A stretch of 62,092 bases of DNA, filler included, from Sphacelaria rigidula (taxonomy: Eukaryota), in assembly GCA_964200075.2 (NCBI GenBank). It is 8 parts of 8 records of this genome, joined end to end, with 100 filler letters (N's around TTAATTAATTAA, not from the genome) between each part and the next. Parts side by side here need not be neighbours in the genome. Positions count along the whole stretch, not along the records: positions 1 to 7,675 come from CAXNAA020013831.1; positions 7,776 to 15,450 come from CAXNAA020013832.1; 6 more parts are not named here. One strand, given 5' to 3'. The notes under the pieces were generated by a model. The model saw nothing but the letters and a program-made list of their open reading frames with translations, searched no databases and was not told where the DNA came from. The position numbers and the translations under genes were made by a program. How positions within the stretch are numbered: position 1 is the stretch's first letter; every line of letters begins with the position of its first letter. Below are positions 1 to 11,890 of the stretch, piece by piece.

Positions 1-50
1 CCATCGTCAGGAGGTTTCGAGGTTACCAACTGAGCCACCGGGGCGACCGG
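1..50 (-). mobile_element. tRNA-derived SINE family 1, 5' head only, cut by contig start (inside Sec5 intron)
   Basis: Reverse complement GGTCGCCCCGGTGGCTCAGTTGGTAACCTCG contains a Pol III A box and matches the heads of four other copies in the window. Confidence 0.8.
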
Positions 51-155
51 CACTTAGCCAAACAAATTGCAACATGATGCAGATCCGAAGGTGGTACACA
101 GTGAAGCAAAATAAGAAGGAGCACGAAACGGCGTGGTACGGTCACGCGGTCTCAC

Positions 156-3100
156 CTGTCGTCACGAGACTGCACACCTCCCGCTTGACCAGGTGCAGCG
201 ACCGGCTTAGAGTAACCCCACCACCCGTTCTTGACATACATCTTGAGTTCACGGTACTTACGCTTGAGATACTTGTTCATCACCTGTCGAAAAAAGGTGC
301 AGGAATGTGTCAAGGGTTGGCGTGCGGGCAACAGGCATACGGCTGGAAAGAGCACACATCAATCGGCGCTCGCTTCGTATCTTGTCTAAAAGGCAAAACA
401 GCGTTGAACTGAGTGTTCACCGTTTGTCCTTCCGTTGTTCTCATCAATGTGGGGGCTAGCTTCAGAGCAACCCTGTACAGCACAGCAAACCACAATACGG
501 GGACAAGGGACAGCGGCGAAACTCCTGAGTCCATGTACGAATAAACACCCTCGGCCAGCCGCTCATACCTTCTCTTGAACCTTTTTCGTGCGCTTCCGGT
601 CGGACATCACTCCCGCTCTGCTTGCGTCGAACATCTCCACAGCAGCGTCCCAAAGCTGGGGTAGCACTACCTGCGAAGCATAAACAAGGATGTCAATCGT
701 GAACGCAGGTGTGATGGCTCGCCCGACGCGGCCGCTCTCACACGTCCGTCAAGCAGCGGAGATGTGTTGTCCGGCGGTAACTCTGCACTCACCCACGCAT
801 GTTGCTTTTCAAAAGTGATGAGCTTCATGGTGTGCCGTATGCATTGCGCGTAGCCAACACAATGGACATACCGGCTGGTACCATGCATGGCGCCAATAAA
901 CCGTGTACCACGATGCATTGCTACATACTATTTATCCAAGACTTACAGAGTCCAGTTGAAGGCAGTTACCAATTTGGCAAAGCAGCTGGTAGTCCGCGCT
1001 CAGCTCGTCTTCATCAACCCCTCCCGCACCCGTCCCACTCCCTGCGATAAGTGCGGTGCCGGGGTTGTCTTGGGAGGCTTCGTATGCACGAGTACCAAGA
1101 GCCTGATCGGTGGACGAAAATAGCAAGTACGTTGAAGCCCCACACGAAGCGAGAGTCGCAAGGAAGCAGACATCTGAGACCACCCGAGAGCTAGCATTGG
1201 AAAAAAGCATCGCAAGGTAACATTAATGCAAAGCCACCGAAGCCAACCTAGCCAAACACGACACTCGAGGCCCCCAGCCACGACTCGTAATATTCACAAG
1301 CGGTACAGTGAAAGCCTGAGCCCTGTACTATAATTCTGCCACCTTGAGCCCAGCACCGGCGAAGAAATCGGCCGTGCAGCCGCTGCTAGCGGGAAAGGGA
1401 ACACAACACGTCCAGGCAAAGGCTGCAAAACATGCACTCCCGAACAGCTTGGGGTATTCGTGCCTCAGCGTAGTGCTTCATGCGGAATGCTGGACATGCC
1501 TCACCGTAACACAGCTTAGTAAGCACTGGACCGCATCGCTCAAACCGTGAGTGATCTCCGCGGCACTCCATTCAGCGCGAGGTAGGAGGCCGACCTGGTA
1601 TAACCGACCCAAATGCGATATATACGACAGAAATAATGTTTGGGGTACTTGTGAAATTGAATCCACGCTTGTTCCCGATAAATTATGCGCGCGAGGAGCA
1701 CTACAACGAGGGTGGACGTGCGACGGTGGACGTGCGACATACGCGCAGAAGTCATGTACACCTTCACGATCACGCTAGACAGAAGAAGCCGGCGCACCTG
1801 TGCAACGAAGAATCAATGTACACACTTGCACGTCTGAGAGCTCTTCATGTCGTCTAGGGCATCTCCGCATGATGAATAATTTCCGTCGGAGGGCCGCGTT
1901 CCACTATCCGAAAACTCTTGCTGTCCTCGTCGTCATTGGTAAGGCCGAGATAACCCGCATCAAGGACCAGGGCCTTGCACGTGCTTGTTCATTCTGAGGT
2001 CTGGTGGCTACGAAGCGAAGCTCACATGGCTAGCACTGACACATGTTTGTAGTTGTGTATGCACTAGAAGGCAAATTCTCCGTCCTTTCGCGTGCATAGT
2101 TACCGGCTGGCTGATTCTCAGCAAATATTCAATCTTGGGACGTTAACTACAACACATGTATGGCTTGGTATGGACATCCACACAAGTCGAAGTGTTCCCC
2201 ACTCCCTATCCGGTGCCACGTGATTCGACACCAATACCGCCCACGTATACAATAGGATCTCGGTTGGTTGTGTACAATTTAAGACCTCCGCCACTGCCAC
2301 CTGAAACTCACCAGATCCACCATTCGCTGCTGTGCTAACGCGCCAAACATATGCGGCAGACGCGTCCCTCCTAGAGAATGTGGCGGCTCCGGGGGAAGCC
2401 AAGATTCGGCATCCATGAGGCCTTTCGCCTCAGTAGCCAGCGCAGCCATTTCTGAGCGCACATGAAGTGCTTGCGCCTCCTTCACAAGCTGCAACAGCAA
2501 CAACAACTTCGGCGTCAGTGAGCATCGCGTTGCCTGCACAGGACATAGCTCTACCTGGCCGTACGCTAAGAAACTGCATGGGCTACTCTCTTCGGCACCT
2601 GCGGTGAGCACGCTCGACTATGCTACGACACTACTGCACAACTTGAATCTTCAACTTTCAAGATACAGTCAACCAATGAGATTATCCAATTAAGAAACCG
2701 GACAAAAAACAGACGGCGACTACATTCAACACACTCCAGAGTACCGCACCTTTTCTAGAGCCCTCAGTCCAGGCGTAAGGACCACATCTCCCTCCCAGCT
2801 ACCTCCCAGGGCTTGTGACAAGCAGTCGTACAGGTGTGCTAGAGAGGAGAAAGCTTGTCGTAGATAGCTGTGTTTAATACAGCAAAGAACAACGATAAAT
2901 AAAGGAACGGAATCGGTGGTCGCCGTTGAGACGTTCTTCTCCCCGCACTCCCCCACGGCGCCAACTTGAAGCAGCCTGCAGCTACTGACGAGACTGCAGT
3001 TCATTGTTTTTCATCCACACTTCCTCACCATAGAGTGTGTCAAGTACATGCCAATCGCTAGGCACGCTGTTGACAGAGTACACGCGGCATCAGCATGTAC

Positions 3101-6100
3101 TGTACCTGGGGTCTAGCGGTTGTTTCAGGTGAGGCTCCGTCGCATAAATGCTCGCCAGCCGCCCTTGCTTATTTGGTGCAAACAACGACAGTGTATCATC
3201 ATCGCGGCGTTTGCCCGTCGGTGAGCCTCGAGACGTACTGGTGGGTTTCCGACCCGACCACCCAGCAGTTGTGTTGACGTTCTTACCAGGTATTTCCTTG
3301 TCGCATACCTGACAAATATTGTGAGTGCAGACGGCGTGAGCAGCCAGAAGTCAGTAAGTTTGTTGACCACCAACTTGTCGATGGAAGTAGCAAGCGCATG
3401 TAAGATCTCCAATGACAATCGAGGCACGCTACTAGACGCCAAGCTCTCAACTTGGAAAAAGCGCACACAGAAAGAGACCAACCAACATATCACCGTATCG
3501 TCCCCGAAAATGGCTGCTCTTAGAACCAACGTCGTGCTGTTCAGCCAGCGCTCGAAAAGTCTGGTTAACTCCTTTTCAGCCTTCGTACCGACCCGATCTC
3601 GCCTTCCCGTGGCGAAGCTATCTTCGCTTCCGCGGGTAGATGTGCCCTGTTCGAACCGAAACAGAGACGTGTCATGACAAGGTAAACAAGGCCGCCATTG
3701 ATACAAAATGCGATGAGGCATACAGCTGCCACGGTATATCAAGTTTAGACCCCAGAATGTACTCTACCAACCATGCACTGACTAACACTTTGATCAAAAT
3801 AGAAGACGCCAAACAAGGTTGAGACTGCCAACTTTGCTCCCACTCCCCCTCGTTTCAACTTGACAGCTCCAAATGAGGAGTTGGGCAAGCAGTGCTGGAG
3901 AGCAAGCAGTTTCACCACGGCAGCAATAGCTTCGAACCTCTGGCACAGATGTCGAAGCTCTAGGTCCTGAGGTCGCCACGCTTGCTGTATCACCATCTGC
4001 GTAATCTGACGCGCCTCCGCCATATGCACCTGGGCCACATAGCTTGCGGATGTGCACCTGCGGTGACGGTGCCCCTCCGCCACTTTCCTCCGCACCGAGA
4101 CCATTCTGTCTGTGCTCCTGCCCAAGACGCAAGTTGTACAAGATGTTTCACAGGGTACACAACTTCGTCGAGAACAAACGCGCATGTGTCCCACACGAAC
4201 ACATCATACATGAGGCCACATGAAACTACATTTCAAACATCTCACCAGCCGAATTAGCAACACGGCTAGGGAGACCAAGTGCGGGAGCCAACTTCCAAGA
4301 CACCAAGCCAAATTGCTGACGTGTTGCAGTCTCGCCACGCTGACACGATGTGCTAGGACATCCACTCCAGATGGTATAGGTAGCGATACGTCTTCGTCTA
4401 GCTCCATACCACCGAGCTCCGGCACACCCGCCTGCAAGCGTCCACCCCCAGTCTCTGACCTGGGTGGAGAGCGAAATAGAAGTCGGTAACTCGGTAGGGA
4501 ACTCACAGTGCCTGAAGCTTGCATTCTTCCAGCGACGAAATTCTCACCACGCTAGGCAAGTAGGAGTGCACCATGACGCAGTACACGAGCTACCGACGAT
4601 CACAATTAACCTCGACGAATCTGATGTGAGCACTCGGCCACAATTTTGAGGCACACTACCCAAGCCTGCGCGAACCTGCAGAAAGTTGATTGGTAAACAC
4701 CCATGAAGCGGGCACAAGCGCTTGCCCACCACACTTGTGCGCAGCCAACCGCTCTTCTCTTGACGACCATCAGACCCCGGTTGACGTAATACCAACTTCC
4801 AAACCCACTTACCTTCCTTCGTCGTCGGGTAGAAAATGGCTCTCGTACAAGGATTCATCATCGCCTCCGTCCATCGCCAACAGGACTTCATCCTCACGGA
4901 ACTCGAAGAATCTAGAACCACTCGTACCTCCCACCATGGACCCCACAGGGGAAAAGTCCTGCCATCACGACGTGCATTAGATTATGAGAACATGTGGCGG
5001 CATATACAAGGGCACCTGAACCGTACGTCACTTTCATACCTGAAGCTAGTGACCATGCTCAACAAATTGGGAACGTCGAACCAACACGACATAGACAGGG
5101 GGGCTTGGAACGCACCAAGATAGGCGCTGGTTGTCGCAAATGTGAACATAGCGCTCGACTCCAACTACCGTACGCATGCCGTCGCGTCAGCTACCGTATG
5201 CCACGTTAGCTGATGGAAGCCGCCAACATTTTTTGGTGCAGATAACCTTACGTAGATACCAACGGTACTGGGCCCACCTCAGAGTCTGTCATATCCTCGG
5301 AGGCGGATCCAATCCTGTGGAGAACATGTTTGCTTGGGGACTCTATAGCACTTGGTCGGCGCGAGGAAGAGCGGTTGGTGCTGGATGTCTGATCTCGTGC
5401 GCGTCTCCTGCAACGTTGAGTTGGGGAAATTGGAACGCTCAAAGCCATCAAGGAATAGTCACAGACACTGCAGAAAGATACTCGAAAATCGTCGCAAAGG
5501 AGCAGGACAGCGGTGTATGTCATGAGCGTATGCAAAAATACAAGTGTACTCACCAAGAGCAAATTACTTATTCATGCGTAGAATAACCAATTTGTTCCGA
5601 CCCAGTTCCCCATTAGATGAAACACCTTGGGTTGAGGGCCACAATACCGACTTCTTTATTTCGCGCTAATCTCATGCAAGTGTCGCACTTTTCTCTCTCG
5701 GCTTTCTCGCTGGCTTGTCGGAAAGCGTAAGCTTCCAGTAGAAGAGACTCCATTGCCTCCCGGCATTCCGCGGCATTAAGCAAAAAGTTTTCCCTGCAAA
5801 TGACGCAGTCAATGTATGGCATGCGTGAGAAAGAAATACAGTATGGTGGACTGTAGGGTGTCACAGCTCGGAAAGGTGTATGGAACATCATTGTTTGCCC
5901 TCCTGCAGCCACATCATGATGCAAGCACGGGAGACGAACCCAACACAAAGGTCGGAATATACAAAATACGTTGGTTTGATCGCACAACTTGAATAGGAAC
6001 CCACTTTTGACTATCGAAGCAGGCCTGCAGTGGCTCCTCCCCGTCGTGCTGAAGGTCCTGAAGATGGCCCACAGCATCTATTTGTTCTTCAAGGGTGACG

Positions 6101-6451
6101 TCCGGACTGCGCAATACTTCCATTAGCCGTACACACGCACGTTTGCCCACGGCTTCAGCCTCTTTCCGAACCTGAAAAAGAAGGATGCACAAGAAGCAAA
6201 TGCAGATCAATCATGTAGCACATCACAATTTCTGTATACGGGACACGAAGCAAAGGTTGCGCGTTGCGGTTGGAAAACAGCAACATCGAGGCACGCACCT
6301 GACCGAGAATCGAGGAGCTGTACGTCGCTTGGGCCTTCCTGTAGAGCTTCACCAGGTCTGTGTACCTGCCCTCTGCCATGCACGCTGACATTTCCCGAGG
6401 GACATCCAGGATTGAGCCCTTCTCTGAAAGGAGATGCTGTGCAGCGCGAAC
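156..6451 (-). CDS. EXOC2: Exocyst complex component Sec5/EXOC2-like protein, partial (both ends missing), 15 exons, about 740 aa
   Basis: Exons 5'->3': 6299-6451, 6005-6171, 5689-5793, 5278-5407, 4813-4958, 4246-4459, 3938-4117, 3494-3646, 3106-3308, 2750-2867, 2312-2488, 1505-1594, 947-1102, 569-670, 156-283. All introns are GT-AG with matching phases and no internal stop. VRAAQHLLSEKGSILDVPREMSACMAEGRYTDLVKLYRKAQ...LEEQIDAVGHLQDLQHDGEEPLQACFDSQK resembles the Sec5 domain as I recall it (FLFNLPxxI..I..GDYD.V..Y.KAK...L.DL....DP...C...Q). Some donor choices (5689, 5278, 3938) are uncertain. Confidence 0.8.
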
Positions 6452-7675
6452 CTTCGGCCGGCAGTGAAGCGAGGGATCGGGCGCCGTGATTTGGACAAAC
6501 CACCGTCCAGAATAATGGCCACCCTCGCAAGTGCAAGGTGCATACTCTGATATGACGGCGGGAAAACGTGATCCACTAGAACTGTTATCCGACAACCAAA
6601 CATTTTGGCCTACGAAGGCCCCATAACAGCAAAATGCATGCATTTCCTGAGGACTCACGACTCGTGAGCAGCCACACAGAGTATAGGCCGGTGCGCAAAA
6701 CGTGAAGCCCACGTTTTCAGTATGCGACAGCTACAAGGCTCGATAACGTCACAATTCGCCATGTTCCATGGACGAAAGAAAGAATGGACAATCTTCCGCA
6801 CAGTCCCGGTATCAGTCAACGCCAACCTTAGTTCAAAACTTGATTCCAGTATATTTTTTCAGGATAGGTTAACCTCTTGATATGAAACCACAACGCAACA
6901 GCAATGATACCAATAGATATGATCACACGCTTCCTCCCTGTGCGGCATCGGTTGCAACAGTTGAGCAATTCCTAATTTTTGCGATGCTACCCTTTCAGCG
7001 CACTAGGCCTCTTCCAGCGAAACTTCAGCTAAGTTCCGACGCCTAATTCTCCGTTTTTTCCTAACCTGATTTTCTGCAGTCAAATCGCAGCATATAACTA
7101 CATAACTAGATATATTACCGTTACCTCATAAATTTACGTTCATCATGCTATTTTATGCCCTTCAGCCTCCTGTGGGCGCCGCTTCCCCTTTCTTCCGCAC
7201 ATCACTTTTCTCCGGGCAGTCTTCGATATGCCTGTTTTCGGCTTTCTCCGTTTTCCATTCTACGCATATGTTTTTGCCACAGCATTCCAATGCTTCCTCG
7301 TAATGCACGCGGGTCTGGCATATTTTCATACAGGTACAACTTTGGTGTGGGACGGGAGACGTGGGGTGTTCGTCCTTCTGTGGGGGGCGTTCGGTGGCTG
7401 CTTTAAGGGGCACACCTGTACATTTTTTTAGACCTCTGCATCCAGCGTTTATCTCCGCTTTCGCTCGAAGCTATTTTCCCCTCTTTTCCTGCACATGGAT
7501 GCATACATCGATTGTGCTTTCGGTATTTTCCGCTGTGATTATGCGTATAGTCCGTTCGATCCTGAGTTTCCCGCTATTTTTCAGAGCATTCCTTCCTCTG
7601 TATTTTATTATTATTATATCCATCACATTAGCTCGATCTCTCGAACCCGTGGTCACAGAGTGCAAGGGGCATACC

Positions 7676-7775
7676 NNNNNNNNNNNNNNNNNNNNNNNNN
7701 NNNNNNNNNNNNNNNNNNNTTAATTAATTAANNNNNNNNNNNNNNNNNNNNNNNNNNNNNNNNNNNNNNNNNNNN
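7676..7775. other. Artificial contig spacer (44 N + TTAATTAATTAA + 44 N)
   Basis: Identical 100-bp spacer whose linker has stops in all six frames; repeats every 7773-7775 bp. Confidence 0.98.
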
Positions 7776-7920
7776 TCTTGAGACCACAGACTCATCCCGA
7801 GGAAGGGGAGGGGTTCAAAGTGTGAGGGGAAAAAAGTAGAATGTGCCGGAAGATGAATGGGTCGATTCTTTGAGACACCAAGGACTCGTCCCGACGTGGG
7901 AGAACGGGCGAGGGCGTCGG
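7776..7920 (+). mobile_element. SINE family 2, 3' fragments (two partial tails) at contig start
   Basis: gagaccacagactcatcccgaggaaggggaggggttcaaagtgtga matches the 3' ends of copies at 9773-10095 and 47620-47923. Confidence 0.65.
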
Positions 7921-8589
7921 AAGTAGGACAAGAAAAAAATTAGAAAAGAGGGGGAACAGAGACAAGTCGGGTTCGACACAGAAGTGGTTTAGAGGGTCGG
8001 ATGCCGCGCACTCTACAGAACTTGCGTTTCCAGCATAATCTGCACACCCGAGTACTCCAGGTACTCATAGTATGCCTCGGGTATTGGTTGCCGAAAACGT
8101 ATAATATTTGCACTTTCCAGATACAGTATTTCCTCCAACGGGATTTTTCAAGGTCGGTTTGTCACGTTCACTCGAAAGTTCCAGCGTTTATAGGTGTTGC
8201 AAAAAGAAGCAGTTCGTCCTCAGACACACTCCCGAACTTTGTTCTGTCGGAGCGATAAGGAGTAAAGCTCTGTTTACTGAGGGGGTGTCATTGATCGCGC
8301 ATGTCCCGAAAACACCGTTTATCTACTGTAGCGCGATGAATATCGAGAAGAAATGAGTGGAAGGCATGGGATTGTTCATCATGACGATCCGGATCGATTC
8401 GGTCGAGCGGAAAACACCAAGTGAGCAAAATCGAGGGCTGTCCACTCGTAGGACCTCCGAATACCGGCGAGCCCGAATCTTGTTCAAAATCGATGACAAT
8501 TTGCTTTTCTTGTCCAAAACAATAGCGGGTACCTATCGTTCTCGATCCTCAAAATTTGGGATCAAACAGAAACCGTGATGGGCAGACCC

Positions 8590-9200
8590 TGGAAAAATCG
8601 CCTCCAACTGATTATGAGTTCAAGTTTCAGCAAAATCAGGGAAAATGCTACAGCTTCCTTAAAAAAATGATAAAAACGACAACGCTCCAACGCATACGGG
8701 CACTCGCGTCAACGACATCCTGGTAGATTTTCGGCCAAAAATACCTCAAATTGGGGTTTGCGTCGCACTTTTCGTGTGACACAGCTGCGCCTGTTAAATT
8801 CACATGATACAGCAGACTCCAATTATGGAGGTCATGAGTTCGAATCCTGACAGACTCTCTATTTTTCCCGCTCGTCGTTAAGGTAATATATTGTCTTTCC
8901 CTTGTTAAAAAAAAAAAACATCCATCCTCAACCATCCAACCATTCATCCTCATATAATCTTTAATCAATTAATTAATTTTATGCGTACATTATGCAGCGC
9001 ACTTTTTTTCACTATTTTTCTTCATTCAGCGGCGGTGCCGTGTGTTACCAGGTTGGGCTGCACTTCCCAGCGACATGCTCAAGCCGCGCTGATTTGGAAA
9101 ACTTCAGAAGTTGTGGCGTGGAAAGCGAATGAGGGATCTACTGCTGGCCCAGCTCGTACTGTAACTGAGGCGCAAACTGATGCAACGGCGCTAGAGGGTC
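8590..9200 (+). repeat. Interspersed repeat with tRNA-like segment; related copy at about 37170-37970
   Basis: Shared blocks gtgtgacacxgctgcgcc...ctccaattayrgaggtcaygagtycgaatcc (B-box-like) and ttaccaggttgg...ggctggcccagctc occur in both places. Boundaries approximate. Confidence 0.55.
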
Positions 9201-9394
9201 CTGTCGGGTATATTCAATAATAGGGACCGGAACTAGTTTGCAGCCATGGGCCTCCATGTTGAGTGCATTCAGTGTGTTTTCTGGTCCTCACGAGTGTTTT
9301 TTTCTTCTCTTCACGTTTTTGTCTCCTTCCTCAAGTGTCTCTCAGACAAAAAATGTTCGCGTTTTATTTTCACCTTTTGGGTATGTGCGTGTGT

Positions 9395-9580
9395 TGTATC
9401 GCGTTTTGTGAGTTTTAATCCAGGTCTGTTTTCTTTTTGTTGCTTTCGTTTTATTTTCTCATACCTCATTATAGGCAGCTAGCCTGTGACCACGGAAGGC
9501 TTCCGCATCAGATGCCCAGTACGAATGTACCGCGAAGATATCGGAACGGTTTTAAATGTGAAGACAACAACAACAACAAT
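9395..9580 (+). mobile_element. Retroposon/LINE 3' tail family A ending in (AAC)n
   Basis: tagcctgtgaccacggaaggc...aatgtgaagacaacaacaac is shared with 39290-39460 (+) and 53578-53825 (-); 5'-truncated copies with a simple-repeat tail. Confidence 0.65.
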
Positions 9581-9772
9581 GTGTATCCTGTGACCCCGGC
9601 TGAGGTTGTGGATCAGTTGATGCAACGATCAGTCAATCACTCAAATCACTATCATATCAAAGAACCATCCAGTTCAGCCTACGTCGGGTGTCGACATAAA
9701 TCAACACTGAATATTCGTCCCTGAGCTACCACCCTTCAGTCCCCACCCATTTTTGTAGGATTTGTCATGGCC

Positions 9773-10095
9773 GCGCCCCGGTGATGTAAATTAAAATGAT
9801 CCGACTACGTATCACCATTGGGGTAAGACTGAACATGCGTTCGATTCCCGATGCGTTGGATTTTTTCTCCGAAACATCTCATTTCCACCGTGGAAAGCGT
9901 GAGTACGTGAGTATACAAAAAAGCAGTTAACTGAGTTTATTTGACGAGAGTTGACGCGGTGCGGGAGTGCTGACGGTCGCAATCAAATCCGCGAGACCAA
10001 AACGCAAGGCGTGTACAGGGGAGAGATGAGTTGATCCCTTGAGACCACGGACTTGTCCCGAGGAAGGGACGGGGTTCGAAGAGCGATGAAAAAAA
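9773..10095 (+). mobile_element. tRNA-derived SINE family 2, near full length
   Basis: gcgccccggtgatgtaa head, B box gttcgattcccg, shared body gttgacgcggtgcgggagtgctga, A-rich tail; homologous to 47620-47923. Confidence 0.75.
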
Positions 10096-11802
10096 CAAAC
10101 AAATAAATGTCAGGCGGCTATATATTTTTCCGGGCGCCGCATCGCGACCAAATGACTGGGTGTACGAGACGTGTTCCTGAGCTCAAGATTTGCACAGCGG
10201 GAACATGACACAGATCGTGATATCAAGACGATGAAAAAAAAAAAGCTGCTATGCTGCACGGATGAGCTACGCCGTCATAATTCATGATCCATGGTTGCTA
10301 CAAACGTGTGCGACAACTGTGGCACATGCCTGAACTCCCTCGAAGATGGTCGTTTGCAGTCTTTTTCAGCGAAGCGTACATCACGTGTTGTTACGTTCCG
10401 CCGGGGATGAGTCCGACGAAGAAGGTGGTGTGCGTCAGGAGATTTTCATGAGTGCAATTCTGTTCCACCTTTTCTGTTTCTTTTTTCTTCTTCAGCGAGT
10501 GTTATAATTTTGTTCTGTCTCGGGTACGTCTATAATGTGACCACGGCTTGATCCCCGAGCAAGCAACCTTGATTTTCCGAAGTTGCACAAAAAGCGGCCT
10601 TAGGCGAGCTCTTCATCCCTATTGGAACATAACCATGCGAGAGGGTCGCCTGGTTCAAGTATGGACATACAAAAGCTGCCACTTTCGCGTTCAGGTTCAA
10701 ACACGGTCATGTGAGCGAAGAGGAGGCATGGTGGAAAAAACAAGAGGATTCCAGCGCACCTCGCCAATCGTTCGTATGCCCAGTTTGACGTTCAGTCAGA
10801 CCGACGATTTCTCATACAACCCCATAAACCCTGCTATTGTAGGACTGTATATCGAAATTCACATATTGGTCACCATCAATATACTGGCATATATTGACAT
10901 CGACCAGCAGCAGCACCAATATACCAATATACTGCTACACTCGCGGAAGTCTTAGTCCACTGAAGATACACCGCGTATTGTAATCGTTTAGCTGTGGCGA
11001 CATTTGCGCGGGCTACTGTGCACACAAGTACACAGCGGCAGCGTACCCCAAACCGGGAGACCAGGGGCATGAACAACAGCCCCAGCTCTCAAGGCTGACC
11101 ACCAACGCACTAGGCATCAAACGTTTCTTCAGCGCACTTCAGCATACATCAAGCGATTGCGAACATGACGTAATTTTCTACCTTTCTATGACCACATTAG
11201 TTGGGCAAGAATTGGACCTCGCGCGCGCGGAGTGCTGCTCTCGGGCGGTGAATCGTGAGTTCGATTTTTTTTTTTTCAAGATGAAGCCAAAGAGCATTTT
11301 TTTTTCTTGCCTCCGGCGAGGTCCCCCTCACCAGCCGCGGGGGGCGTTACCTCTCGTGCCGGCTGCGCCGCCATAGCGCCAATACGTTGCCAATGTGTTG
11401 GTATATTGATGAAATCGACCAACACACAGCCATAACAAGTTCATCGCGTTCTCGAAAAAAAAAGGCTCGACGAAAGTACTGTAGTTTCCCTGTAGGGTTG
11501 TATGAGAAATCGTTAGTCCTCTAGGAAAAAACGGCAGACTGGGCGTACGAAAGAAAGGAAAGACGCCCTGCAAATTCCTCTCTGAAGAGTGCAGCAAGCT
11601 TCCCCCCGAAGTGACACAATCTCCCCGAGCACCGTTTTCAGAAAAAAAAACGGGCACCTACTAGATTATTGCCTACGCAGGCACTGTACGAGCACCGGAT
11701 TCAAGAGGGTGTGGCACGACAGGCCCACTTACATCAACAGGTGAACGTTAAGCATTTGTAAAAGTCAGTCGGACCGTACATTTTTTTTTATTTTTTTTCT
11801 AC

Positions 11803-11890
11803 ATCAATCAATGGATTGATTGTCGCATTTTAATTGATCCCCCAGGGATCCAGCCGCGGTGAGGTGATGGACGTACCCGAAACAATTCAA
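11803..11890 (-). mobile_element. Retroposon 3' tail family B ending in (ATCA)n
   Basis: Consensus gtacgtccaycatgtgaccacggctggatc...ttaaagtgcgacaatcaatcaatc; other copies at 28640-28710 (+), 49770-49890 (-), 61250-61315 (-) and partial copies. Confidence 0.6.

Noticed and set aside
1869..1997. C/D-box snoRNA-like ATGATGA...CTGA
   Set aside because: Antisense to the host intron, no terminal stem and no guide sequence recognised.
4544..4675. Extra Sec5 exon candidate (also 1760-1797 and 420-474)
   Set aside because: Flanking exons join in frame without them; the candidates have stops or phase conflicts, or add nothing recognisable.
7720..7731. Regularly spaced TTAATTAATTAA palindrome (about 7.77-kb period) as a biological repeat or CRISPR-like array
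   Set aside because: It is an assembly linker embedded in N runs.
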